Source of the DNA: Burkholderiales bacterium
GTDB lineage: Bacteria; Pseudomonadota; Gammaproteobacteria; Burkholderiales; SG8-39
NCBI GenBank assembly: GCA_035637655.1
Contig: DASPWT010000210.1
Location: 1-60,222, forward strand
Direction: 5' to 3'
DNA length: 60,222 nucleotides
This document shows, piece by piece, positions 18,749-26,818 of this stretch; within the stretch, counting starts at the first letter, position 1; the number at the start of each line of letters is the position of its first letter. The notes under the pieces are model-generated. The model made no database searches. It was given only the letters and a program-made list of their open reading frames with translations, and had not been told where the DNA came from. Made by a program: the position numbers and the translations under genes.

Positions 18749-19903
18749 CTATAGATTCGCGCCGATCCAGTCGGCGATGCAATCGATCCCGACCTGCCGG
18801 TTGTCGGCTTGCGCATGATACGTGCTGCCGTCCTCGGCGGTGAGGATCTTCAGGCTCTTGCGCCGGGCACCGATCGCCTCGAAGAGCTTGTGGGCGGAAG
18901 CGACCGGCACGACCTTGTCGTCCTCGGCGTGCACGATGAGAAACGGGCAGGTGATCTTCTGCGCGACCCCCACGAGCGAGAAGCGCCCGGCCCGCTCGAT
19001 CGCCGCGTCGATGTCCTCGGCCCCCATGATCCAGCGGAAATGAAAAGCCGATTGCGGGGTGGTCTTCGGGTCGGTCGCGTGCCTGCGCTTGACCTCGCGT
19101 TGCCACGCCGCCAGGTCCCAGTGCAGCGCGCTCATGGCCACGCCGGCGGCGTAGCGCTTCTCGAATGCGGCGATGCGGGCAGCGTAATAGCCGCCGAAGC
19201 TGTAGCCCATGATCACCACCTTGCGCGGATCCACCTCCCGCCGCTGGGCGGCGTATTCGTACGCCGCCGTGCCGGGCACTTCGTAATCGTGACGGGCATG
19301 GAGCCCGCGAAGACGCAGCGACTCGCCTTGCCCGGGCCCGTCGATGGCGAGCGTATGCCAGCCGCGCCTGGCGAACTCGAGTCCCGCGAAGAGAACGCTC
19401 ATCTCCTTGCAGTTGTCCATGCCGTCGAACACGACCACTGTCGGCGCGCGTCCCGGCGGTCCCGGGGCTTTCATGAACAGCGCGGGCAGCGTCGTATTTT
19501 CGTACGGCACCTCCACGCGCTCGATGTTCGGGTAGCGCCGCTCCAGGCCTGCGTGCTGGCATTGAAGAGCCTTGCGGCCGATCTCGCGTTTTTCCTCGCC
19601 CGGGACGACGAAGCGCTCCCCGGTGAAGTAATACATGCCGGCGCGCAGGAAACAGTTGCCCGCCGTGAGCTGGCGCCCCTCGCGGGCTGCCGCGTCGGCG
19701 GCGCGCTCGAGCCGTCTCGCCATCGCGCACCACTCTTCCCGCCAGGCGTCGGCTTCGCCCTGGCGAGCTTTCAGCCTTTCGCAGACTTCGTCGATCTCGC
19801 CGAGCGCGACCGCGCCGTAAGGCGCCATCCCCTTCGTGACGAGAGCCGCGTTCGACCAGGTGAGATTGCCGGGGAATTGCTCGATCCAGGCGCCGGACGA
19901 CAT
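18749..19903 (-). CDS. alpha/beta hydrolase (2,6-dihydroxypseudooxynicotine hydrolase-like)
   Basis: Nucleophile elbow GYSFGGYYA, later HAEDD and a C-terminal His. 384 aa with no signal peptide. Confidence 0.7.
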   Translation of the reverse strand: MSSGAWIEQFPGNLTWSNAALVTKGMAPYGAVALGEIDEVCERLKARQGEADAWREEWCAMARRLERAADAAAREGRQLTAGNCFLRAGMYYFTGERFVVPGEEKREIGRKALQCQHAGLERRYPNIERVEVPYENTTLPALFMKAPGPPGRAPTVVVFDGMDNCKEMSVLFAGLEFARRGWHTLAIDGPGQGESLRLRGLHARHDYEVPGTAAYEYAAQRREVDPRKVVIMGYSFGGYYAARIAAFEKRYAAGVAMSALHWDLAAWQREVKRRHATDPKTTPQSAFHFRWIMGAEDIDAAIERAGRFSLVGVAQKITCPFLIVHAEDDKVVPVASAHKLFEAIGARRKSLKILTAEDGSTYHAQADNRQVGIDCIADWIGANL

Positions 19904-19916
19904 GATGCGATCCTTG

Positions 19917-20891
19917 CTAATCGACCCGGATGCCCGTCGCCTTGATCACTCCCGACCACGTGGCCAGTTCCTTCTTGATGTAATCCGCAAACTCCGCCGG
20001 CGTGCTCCCCACCGCGTGCGCGCCCACGCCGGCAAGGCGTTCGTTGAAATCCGGAGCCTTTACCGACTCGACGATCGCACGGTTGAGCCGGCCGATGACC
20101 GGGCCGGGCGTGCCCGCAGGCACGACGACGCCTTGCCATTCGACCGCTTCGTAGCCCGGCACGCCGGCCTCGGCGACGGTGGGTATTCCGGGAAGCGCGG
20201 GATCGGGCTTCGAGCTCGTCACGGCGAGGACCACCAGCCTGCCGGACTTTATGTGCTGCACCTGGGAAGGAATGCTGCCGGCATAGATCGGGACTTGCCC
20301 GCCGACCACGGCCACGACCGCCGGGCCGCCGCCGCTATAGGGAACGTGCACGATGTCGGTCCCGGTCATGGTTTTGAACAGCTCGGTCGCCATGTGGGTC
20401 GCGCTGCCGTTGCCCGAAGAGGCGTAATGCAGGCTGCCGGGCTTGGCTTTAGCGAGCGCGATCAATTCCTTCACCGACCTTGCCGGCACCGACGGGTGCA
20501 CCGAAATCGCGAGGGGCACGATCGTGACCAGGCTGACCGGCGCGAAGTCGCGCCCGGTATCGTAGGGCAGCTTCGCCATCAGGCTCGGATTGACGGCGAA
20601 GGAAAGATTGGCAACGCCGAGCGTATAGCCGTCCGGCGCTGACTTGGCGACGGCGTCCATGCCGATGGTCGAGCCCCCGCCCGGGCGGTTGTCGATGACC
20701 GCTTGCTGGCCGAGGCTCTCCGACAATTTCGGAGCGAGCAGGCGAAACACCACGTCGGTCGCGCCTCCGGGCGCGAACGGCACGATCACGCGCACCGGCT
20801 TGGCGGGGAAGTTCTGGGCGGCCGCGGATGCGGCGTGAAAGCACGCCACGCACAGCAAGGCCAAAACAAGCCGACGCAACCGAAAACTCAC
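19917..20891 (-). CDS. Bug/TctC-family substrate-binding protein
   Basis: GTG start after AGGAGAAG. Reads AAAQNFPAKPVRVIVPFAPGGATDVVFRL, IDNRPGGGS, APDGYTLG. Confidence 0.9.
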   Translation of the reverse strand: MSFRLRRLVLALLCVACFHAASAAAQNFPAKPVRVIVPFAPGGATDVVFRLLAPKLSESLGQQAVIDNRPGGGSTIGMDAVAKSAPDGYTLGVANLSFAVNPSLMAKLPYDTGRDFAPVSLVTIVPLAISVHPSVPARSVKELIALAKAKPGSLHYASSGNGSATHMATELFKTMTGTDIVHVPYSGGGPAVVAVVGGQVPIYAGSIPSQVQHIKSGRLVVLAVTSSKPDPALPGIPTVAEAGVPGYEAVEWQGVVVPAGTPGPVIGRLNRAIVESVKAPDFNERLAGVGAHAVGSTPAEFADYIKKELATWSGVIKATGIRVD

Positions 20892-21087
20892 TTTCTTCTC
20901 CTGAAGTTGAGCGCGGATCGTATCCTATCAGGGAACGCACGAGGCTCCACCCACGCCCGCTCACCGCGAGGCCGATCGGAGGCGGCGGATTTGAAAGCAA
21001 GAGCCGGAGTGCTTGCTTTCGTGCCGTCCCCGAACATGGCGCCATGGCGAGCCCAATGGCGCGCCGCCACCGAAAAGGAGCGTTATC

Positions 21088-22173
21088 ATGGAATTCGCAA
21101 TGACGAGGAAAGCAACCGACTGCCTGCCTTTCGCAAGCGACGCCGAACGCTGGGCGGCGGTCCAGCGCAAAGACCGCGACGCGGACGGCGTGTTCTGCTA
21201 CTCCGTGCGGACCACCGGCGTCTATTGCCGCCCCTCGTGCGCCGCGCGGCTCGCGCGGCGCGAAAATGTCCGCTTCCACGCGAGCTGCGAGGAGGCCGAA
21301 GCGGCCGGGTTCCGGCCGTGCAAGCGTTGCCGGCCGAACGAGGCGGCTCTCGCCGTGCGCCGCGCCGCCGCAGTGGCGAAGGCCTGCCGCCTGATCGAGA
21401 CGGCCGAGGAGATGCCGAATCTCGCGGCGCTCGCCGCATCCGCGGGAATGAGCCCCTTTCACTTCCACCGCGTCTTCAAGACGGTCACAGGGGTCACTCC
21501 CAAGGCCTACGCGGCGGCTCATCGCGCCCGGCGAGTGCGCGAAGCCTTGCCGCAGAGCTCCACGGTGACCGAGGCGATCTACGGCGCGGGATTCAATTCG
21601 AGCGGGCGCTTCTATGCCGAGTCTGCGCAGGTGCTGGGAATGACGCCGACCCGCTTCCGCTCCGGAGGCAGCGGCGCGGCGATCCGCTTCGCCGTCGGCG
21701 AATGTTCGCTCGGCTCGATTCTCGTCGCCGCCACCGGCAAAGGCGTCTGCGCCATCATGCTCGGCGACAAGCCCGAGGCGCTGGTGCGCGAGCTCGAGGA
21801 CCGCTTTCCCAAGGCGGCTCTGATCGGCGGCGACAGGGACTTCGAGCAATGGGTGGCCAAAGTGGTCGGCTTCGTCGAAGCGCCGGCGCTCGGCCTCGAT
21901 CTGCCGCTCGACGTGCGCGGCACCGCCTTTCAGCAGCGCGTCTGGCAGGCGCTGCGCGAGATCCCGGCCGGCTCGACGGTGACCTACTCGCAGATCGCGC
22001 AGCGCATCGGCCTGCCGAAAGCCGTGCGGGCGGTGGCGCACGCCTGCGCCACGAACGCGATCGCCGTCGCCATTCCCTGCCACCGGGTCGTGCGCAACGA
22101 CGGCTCGCTCTCGGGCTACCGCTGGGGCGTCGAGCGCAAGCGGGCGCTGCTCGACCGTGAAGCGCGATCCTGA
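21088..22173 (+). CDS. ada: bifunctional Ada regulator / methylated-DNA-protein-cysteine methyltransferase
   Basis: ATG at 21088 after AAAGGAG. N-terminal Zn-Cys cluster (YCRPSCAARL...FRPCKRCRP), AraC-type HTH (MSPFHFHRVFK) and a C-terminal PCHRVV active site. Confidence 0.85.
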   Translation: MEFAMTRKATDCLPFASDAERWAAVQRKDRDADGVFCYSVRTTGVYCRPSCAARLARRENVRFHASCEEAEAAGFRPCKRCRPNEAALAVRRAAAVAKACRLIETAEEMPNLAALAASAGMSPFHFHRVFKTVTGVTPKAYAAAHRARRVREALPQSSTVTEAIYGAGFNSSGRFYAESAQVLGMTPTRFRSGGSGAAIRFAVGECSLGSILVAATGKGVCAIMLGDKPEALVRELEDRFPKAALIGGDRDFEQWVAKVVGFVEAPALGLDLPLDVRGTAFQQRVWQALREIPAGSTVTYSQIAQRIGLPKAVRAVAHACATNAIAVAIPCHRVVRNDGSLSGYRWGVERKRALLDREARS

Positions 22174-22197
22174 GCATGTCCTGCGGCGCTCGCCGCG

Positions 22198-22803
22198 TTA
22201 CATCGGCGGCACCTGGCCTTTCAGGCCGACGTTGACGCGCGCGGCGGTGAGGCTGCCGTCGGGCTGGCGCTGCGTGACTGCAAATACCTTGGCGCCGGGC
22301 TTGAGCTCGCCGCGCTCGGTGGGCGTGAAGGACACGATCACCGCGTTTTCGGGGACCAGCACCTTCTTCTCGCCGCCCTTGTACTGCACCGTGAGGACGC
22401 GGTCCTTGCCCATGCTCGTGACATTGGCCACGTTCGCATTGGTCATCTTGCTGGCGGGCCTCAGGTCCCAGTCGTAGTGCCCCTCGCCGGTGCCGCGCAT
22501 GTTCTCCGGGAAAATGTGCACCTCGAGCGCGACCAGCGCGCCATCGCGCTCGCCGAGCGTCGTGGTGCCGATGAATTTTCCGCTGGCGACATCGGCGAGG
22601 CTCGCCTTGGCGATCCCCATGACCGCGTAATTGTCCGCGAGCTTGACGCTCATGCTCTGGCCATTGTTGGCCTTGATGGTCAGGTTGGTACCGTCGATTC
22701 TCTCCACCGTGCCCCGGATTCTCACCGGCGGATTGGCGGGGGCCTGGGCGATGGCGACAGCGGATACGGAGGCAATCAGCAATGCAAGGATGGTGCGGGT
22801 CAT
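22198..22803 (-). CDS. secreted hypothetical protein
   Basis: ATG at 22803. Signal peptide MTRTILALLIASVSAVAIAQA. Beta-rich sequence with no motif I recognise. Confidence 0.5.
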   Translation of the reverse strand: MTRTILALLIASVSAVAIAQAPANPPVRIRGTVERIDGTNLTIKANNGQSMSVKLADNYAVMGIAKASLADVASGKFIGTTTLGERDGALVALEVHIFPENMRGTGEGHYDWDLRPASKMTNANVANVTSMGKDRVLTVQYKGGEKKVLVPENAVIVSFTPTERGELKPGAKVFAVTQRQPDGSLTAARVNVGLKGQVPPM

Positions 22804-22924
22804 GGAGTTTCCTTCGAAGTGAACGACACAGCGCAAACGTTGCGAGCGCGAGACTTATTCCCTAAAAACGCTCTGCGATCGATATGCATGGCCCCTCCTT
22901 TTCCCGGAACGCGATCTAAGGAAA

Positions 22925-23386
22925 TCAGCCGCGACCTTCTTTCGGCTCTTGTTCGCCGCCGGTCCGCTGCCAGGGGTCGCGGCGAAAGCGCGCGCGGCGC
23001 GCGGAGCCCTCCGCGTCTTGCAGCGCGTACTCGCGCAGTCGCGCCTTCAGTGCCAGGCGCAGCGCCTCGGGCAGCTCGCTTGCGGCGAGCTCGAAGCGCG
23101 CGATGATCGGATCGGCCTCAAGCGGGTCTCCGGGGGCAAGCCGCGCCCCGATGAAGTCTTCCGAGCCGGACATCCCGCCGTCGTGAAAGTAACCACTGCC
23201 GCGGATCCACGCCAGGGCCCGCTCGTTGGAACCGATTCCGTAGCAGAGCTCGAACGCAGACAGCTCGCCACCCGTCTCGCGCACGAACAGATCGAAGTAA
23301 TCGTCGTGGAACCAGCGCCGCTCGCTCGAGGGGTCGTCCTGCAATACGTCGCGGATCTCTCTCAGCACCGCAATGCTCCCGCTCAT
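22925..23386 (-). CDS. hypothetical protein
   Basis: ATG at 23386 (MSGSIAVLREI...). Host-like codon usage and no recognisable motif. Confidence 0.4.
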   Translation of the reverse strand: MSGSIAVLREIRDVLQDDPSSERRWFHDDYFDLFVRETGGELSAFELCYGIGSNERALAWIRGSGYFHDGGMSGSEDFIGARLAPGDPLEADPIIARFELAASELPEALRLALKARLREYALQDAEGSARRARFRRDPWQRTGGEQEPKEGRG

Positions 23387-23447
23387 CGTCCCATAACCGT
23401 AACATAGGGCATAGGGCGCAGGCAAAAGTTTTACAGGTCTTGTGATT

Positions 23448-23897
23448 TTATGATTCTTGAATCTCCGCAGGGCTCAAATCGCGCGTGCGCCTCGCCACAG
23501 ACCAGCGGTGCCCGAACGGATCTTCCAGCTCGGCATACCGGTCGCCCCAGAACATGTCCGCGGGGGGCATGGCGATCCTTGCGCCTGCGGCGACGGCCCG
23601 CTCCACCACCGCGTCGGCGTTCTCCACGTGCAAGCGTACCGTAACCGGCGAGCCTTTCGGCGATTTCGGCCCGAACCCGCCCCACTCGGGAAACTCGTCC
23701 GTCAGCATGAGCGCCGAGTTGCCGATCCGCAGCATGGCGTGCATCAGCTTGCCCTTCGGACCGGGCAGGCGCGACACTTCGACGGCATTGAACGCCTTGG
23801 TATAGAACTCGATCGCGTCGGCCGCGCCGGCGCAGGTCAAGAGCGGGGTGCGGGAACGCATCCCGTCGGGAATGGGCTTGACGGCTGGTTGGGTCAT
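23448..23897 (-). CDS. VOC-family (glyoxalase/PhnB-like) protein
   Basis: Length (149 aa) and the blocks AIEFYTKAFNA ... MLRIGNSALMLTDEFPE ... MFWGDRYAELEDPFGHRWS are typical of PhnB-like VOC proteins. Confidence 0.75.
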   Translation of the reverse strand: MTQPAVKPIPDGMRSRTPLLTCAGAADAIEFYTKAFNAVEVSRLPGPKGKLMHAMLRIGNSALMLTDEFPEWGGFGPKSPKGSPVTVRLHVENADAVVERAVAAGARIAMPPADMFWGDRYAELEDPFGHRWSVARRTRDLSPAEIQES

Positions 23898-23947
23898 GAT
23901 GCGGCTTCCTCGTATCGACAGTGGGGTTTATCTGCTCGCTGAGGGAC

Positions 23948-24430
23948 TCAATGAGCGCGATGAGCCCGCTGCAGTGCCGCGATGTCGATCTTGGTCATCT
24001 GCATCATCGCCTGCATGACGCGTTGTGACTTCTCGGGATCCTTGTCTCGCAGCAGTTCGATCATGACGCGCGGAACGATCTGCCAGGACAGACCGAACTT
24101 GTCCTTGAGCCAGCCGCACTGCCCCGGCGCGCCGCCCGCGGAGAGCTTCGTCCACATGTCGTCCACTTCTTTCTGCGAGTCGCAGTTGACGACCAGGGAG
24201 ATGGCTTCGGTGAATTTGAATCGCGGACCGCCGTTGAGCGCGGCGAACTCCTGGCCTTCGATCTGGAAGTTGCAGACCATGACCGTTCCGGCAGGGCCGG
24301 GTCCCGCCTTGCCGTATCGCGTCACGCTCAGGACCTTCGAGTTCCTGAAGATCGAGACGTAGTGATTCATCGCCTCCTCGGCGTTGCTGTCGAACCAGAG
24401 GAACGTCGTGATTTTCTGCTTGCTGGCCAT
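23948..24430 (-). CDS. VOC-superfamily protein (3-demethylubiquinone-9 3-methyltransferase-domain/PhnB-like)
   Basis: ATG at 24430. Reads [22 protein letters not shown] ... [16 protein letters not shown], characteristic of this family. Confidence 0.75.
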   Translation of the reverse strand: MASKQKITTFLWFDSNAEEAMNHYVSIFRNSKVLSVTRYGKAGPGPAGTVMVCNFQIEGQEFAALNGGPRFKFTEAISLVVNCDSQKEVDDMWTKLSAGGAPGQCGWLKDKFGLSWQIVPRVMIELLRDKDPEKSQRVMQAMMQMTKIDIAALQRAHRAH

Positions 24431-25092
24431 GGCTCGTGCTCCTTCGTCGGGGTGAACTGGGTTTCGATGTAGCGCCGCAGGTGCCGCAGGCACTCGGCGG
24501 CGATCCGCGGACCTTGCCTGGCTTTGGCCAGGATGAAGGCGCCCTGGATCACCGCCTGGATGTGGAGGGCGAGGCTTTCAGCGCTCCACGGCGCATCCGG
24601 TGCGTAGCGACGCCTGGCTTCGGCGATGTCCTTGGCCACCCGCGCCGCGTGCGCGCTGATATGCGTGTCGCACGCCGCGCGGATCGCCGGGTGCGTGTCG
24701 TAGGTTTCCTGGACCATCGTGCCGAGCAGGCAGGTGAACTCCGGCAGCGAGCCCTGCAGGATCGCAATGCGGAACTCGACGTAGCCCAATAGCCGCTCGA
24801 GCGGGTCGGTGGCGCTCTGGTAAGAGGCGGTCGCAAACAGTACGTCGGCCATTGCCGCGAAATGATCCGCCGCGGCAAGCGCCAGCTCTTCCTTGCTGTC
24901 GAAGTGGTGGAAGAAGCTGCCCTTGGTGAGTTTGGCGGCCGCGCAGACGTCTTCGATGCGCGTCGCCGAATACCCTTTGGTTCGGATGACTTGCAGGGCG
25001 GCGTCGAGGAACCCGTGCCGGTCGCGAGCTAGGCTCCGGAGACCTCGAGCTCGACGGGAACGTTGTTGCGCGTCGCGTGCGAGTACGGGCAG
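24367..25092 (-). CDS. TetR-family transcriptional regulator (start codon unresolved)
   Basis: [46 protein letters not shown]. There is no ATG/GTG/TTG between the HTH and the ohr stop. The 5' end is drawn at an in-frame CTG (25092) only as a placeholder. Confidence 0.6.
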   Translation of the reverse strand: MPVLARDAQQRSRRARGLRSLARDRHGFLDAALQVIRTKGYSATRIEDVCAAAKLTKGSFFHHFDSKEELALAAADHFAAMADVLFATASYQSATDPLERLLGYVEFRIAILQGSLPEFTCLLGTMVQETYDTHPAIRAACDTHISAHAARVAKDIAEARRRYAPDAPWSAESLALHIQAVIQGAFILAKARQGPRIAAECLRHLRRYIETQFTPTKEHEPWPASRKSRRSSGSTATPRRR

Positions 25093-25466
25093 ATCTGTTC
25101 GTGCGCCTCGCGGGCGAGCGCGGCGAGCTCGGCCTGCGGCAGGCTCTTGTCCTGCACGCTGAGCTTCACGGCGAGGCCGAAGCCCCCGCCTTCGCGCGGG
25201 CCGATCGTGACGGCGCAGGTGATCCGCGCCTTCGCCGCGTCCTTCTTGTGCCGCTTGCCGACGAAGTCTAGCGCGCCTCCGAAGCACGCGGCGTAGCCGG
25301 CGGCAAACAGATGCTCGGGCGTCGCAGTGCCGGGCTTGCCCGGGCCGCCCATCTCCTTCGGTACCGAGAGATTGGCTTTCACCACGCCGTCGCTCGACTC
25401 GGTGTAACCGTTGCGCCCGCCGGTGGCGGTCGCGGTCGCGGTGAAGAGGGGCTTGATCGTGTCCAT
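25029..25466 (-). CDS. ohr: organic hydroperoxide resistance protein (Ohr/OsmC family)
   Basis: ATG at 25466. Reads PEHLFAAGYAACFGGA and [11 protein letters not shown], giving the two conserved Cys. 145 aa. Confidence 0.85.
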   Translation of the reverse strand: MDTIKPLFTATATATGGRNGYTESSDGVVKANLSVPKEMGGPGKPGTATPEHLFAAGYAACFGGALDFVGKRHKKDAAKARITCAVTIGPREGGGFGLAVKLSVQDKSLPQAELAALAREAHEQICPYSHATRNNVPVELEVSGA

Positions 25467-25516
25467 GCGGGTCTCCGGGGTGGTCGCTGGTCCCTCATTA
25501 TATGGATGAACCCAGG

Positions 25517-26020
25517 TCAGGCCACCAGCGCGCGCAGCTTCGGGTGCCGCCCAAAAAACGCGAGCCTCTCCGCCCACGCATCCAGGCCCCAGACGTGTCC
25601 GGCGCGCTCGACGATCAGCTGCACGAGCACGCCCGCGTACACGATGTGGTAGTCGAGGAGGAAGTTGTTTTTATTCTCGATATAAGGGAAATTCATGTGC
25701 GCCGTCCAGTAAAGGAGCAGCAGCAGGATGCCGAAACCCGCGCTCACCCGCACGAACAGGCCCAAGAGCAGCGACAAGCCGATGAGCAGATGGCCGTATT
25801 CCACGAGAAACGTGAGGGTCGGCGCCCAGGCCGCGCTCGTGAAAGGCGCATACACATCGTGGAACGTCTTGGTTCCCTTGAGGAACCCGGCGACGCTCCA
25901 GTTGGGATCGAAGACCTGGTGCGAGGCGGCGTAGAGGAAAGTCCACGCCATGGCGAGGCGGAAGAAAACGATCAAAGCCCTTCTTGTCGCAGCGGTGTCC
26001 ATGCTCTCTCCTTTGGTCAT
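25517..26020 (-). CDS. DoxX-family membrane protein
   Basis: Four predicted TM helices in DoxX-like order (RLAMAWTFLYA..., HLLIGLSLLLGLF, GFGILLLLLYW). An alternative ATG at 26002 follows AAGGAGAG. Confidence 0.65.
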   Translation of the reverse strand: MTKGESMDTAATRRALIVFFRLAMAWTFLYAASHQVFDPNWSVAGFLKGTKTFHDVYAPFTSAAWAPTLTFLVEYGHLLIGLSLLLGLFVRVSAGFGILLLLLYWTAHMNFPYIENKNNFLLDYHIVYAGVLVQLIVERAGHVWGLDAWAERLAFFGRHPKLRALVA

Positions 26021-26066
26021 GTCCCTCGAATTCCGCCTGCAATATACGCGCCTCGGACCGGGACGC

Positions 26067-26714
26067 TCACGCCGGGTCGCGAAATCCCACCTGCCAGTGC
26101 GAGCCGTCGCAGAACGGCTTGTTCTTCGACGCGCCGCAGCGGCACAGCGTGTAATGCTCGGTCGAGCCGCCCTGCCCGAACTTCACGCCCATCAGCTCGA
26201 TGCCGCCCGTGACTGCGTACGGCCCGTCGTTCGTCACCGTGACCATCGGCGGGCGCTCTAGCGGCTCGGCCTCGACGCCGCCGATCGCGTAGCTGAGGGC
26301 CCCGGACGGGCACTTCCTGATCGTCGCGATGATCTCCTCCACCGCGGCGGCGTCCGGGGCTATCCAGGGCTCGTCATGCATGCGGAACACCGACTTCAGC
26401 TCGTCGGTGCAGAACCCCGCGTGCGCGCAGATCGAGCGATTGTCGAGGATCGTGATGCGCTTGCCTTCGTAGGCCTGGCGCTTGTCCTTTGCAGGGTCGG
26501 CGGTCTTCGCGTCCTTGAAGCCGATCACGCTGTGCGTCCCGTCGCAGAAGGGCTTGTTCTTCGAGGCGCCGCAGCGGCACAGCGCCACCGCGCGCACGTT
26601 CGCGCAAGCTTCGCCGGAGGCGCGGCGCAGGTTCGGCACCGGCCTCACTTCCATGTCGTTCAGGAGATAGTACGGGCCGTTCGGGGAGCAGCCCATTTTC
26701 GGTTTGGGGTCCAT
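26067..26714 (-). CDS. CDGSH-type iron-sulfur domain protein (two CDGSH motifs)
   Basis: CRCGASKNKPFCDGTH and CRCGASKNKPFCDGSH flank a Cys-containing central segment (ICAHAGFCTD ... CPSGAL). Confidence 0.85.
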   Translation of the reverse strand: MDPKPKMGCSPNGPYYLLNDMEVRPVPNLRRASGEACANVRAVALCRCGASKNKPFCDGTHSVIGFKDAKTADPAKDKRQAYEGKRITILDNRSICAHAGFCTDELKSVFRMHDEPWIAPDAAAVEEIIATIRKCPSGALSYAIGGVEAEPLERPPMVTVTNDGPYAVTGGIELMGVKFGQGGSTEHYTLCRCGASKNKPFCDGSHWQVGFRDPA

Positions 26715-26818
26715 GAGCCGATGTTACGCCACTTGGCTCGCAGCCTGCCATCGCGCGCCTTCGCGCGAGCGTCACGTGTGGAAGCGCGCCGCGCCCTGAG
26801 CGGGGCGCTACGGTCGAT

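Noticed and set aside
20993-21020. 9-bp stem hairpin GAAAGCAAG-(10 nt)-CTTGCTTTC in the Bug/ada divergent spacer
   Set aside because: There is no U-tract on either strand and no recognisable riboswitch or operator pattern. It could be a regulatory site, but nothing supports a specific call.
20449-22083. 544-aa minus-strand ORF across the Bug gene end and ada
   Set aside because: It is antisense to ada, which has clear Zn-Cys, AraC-HTH and PCHRV motifs, and out of frame with the Bug gene. Its composition is low-complexity.
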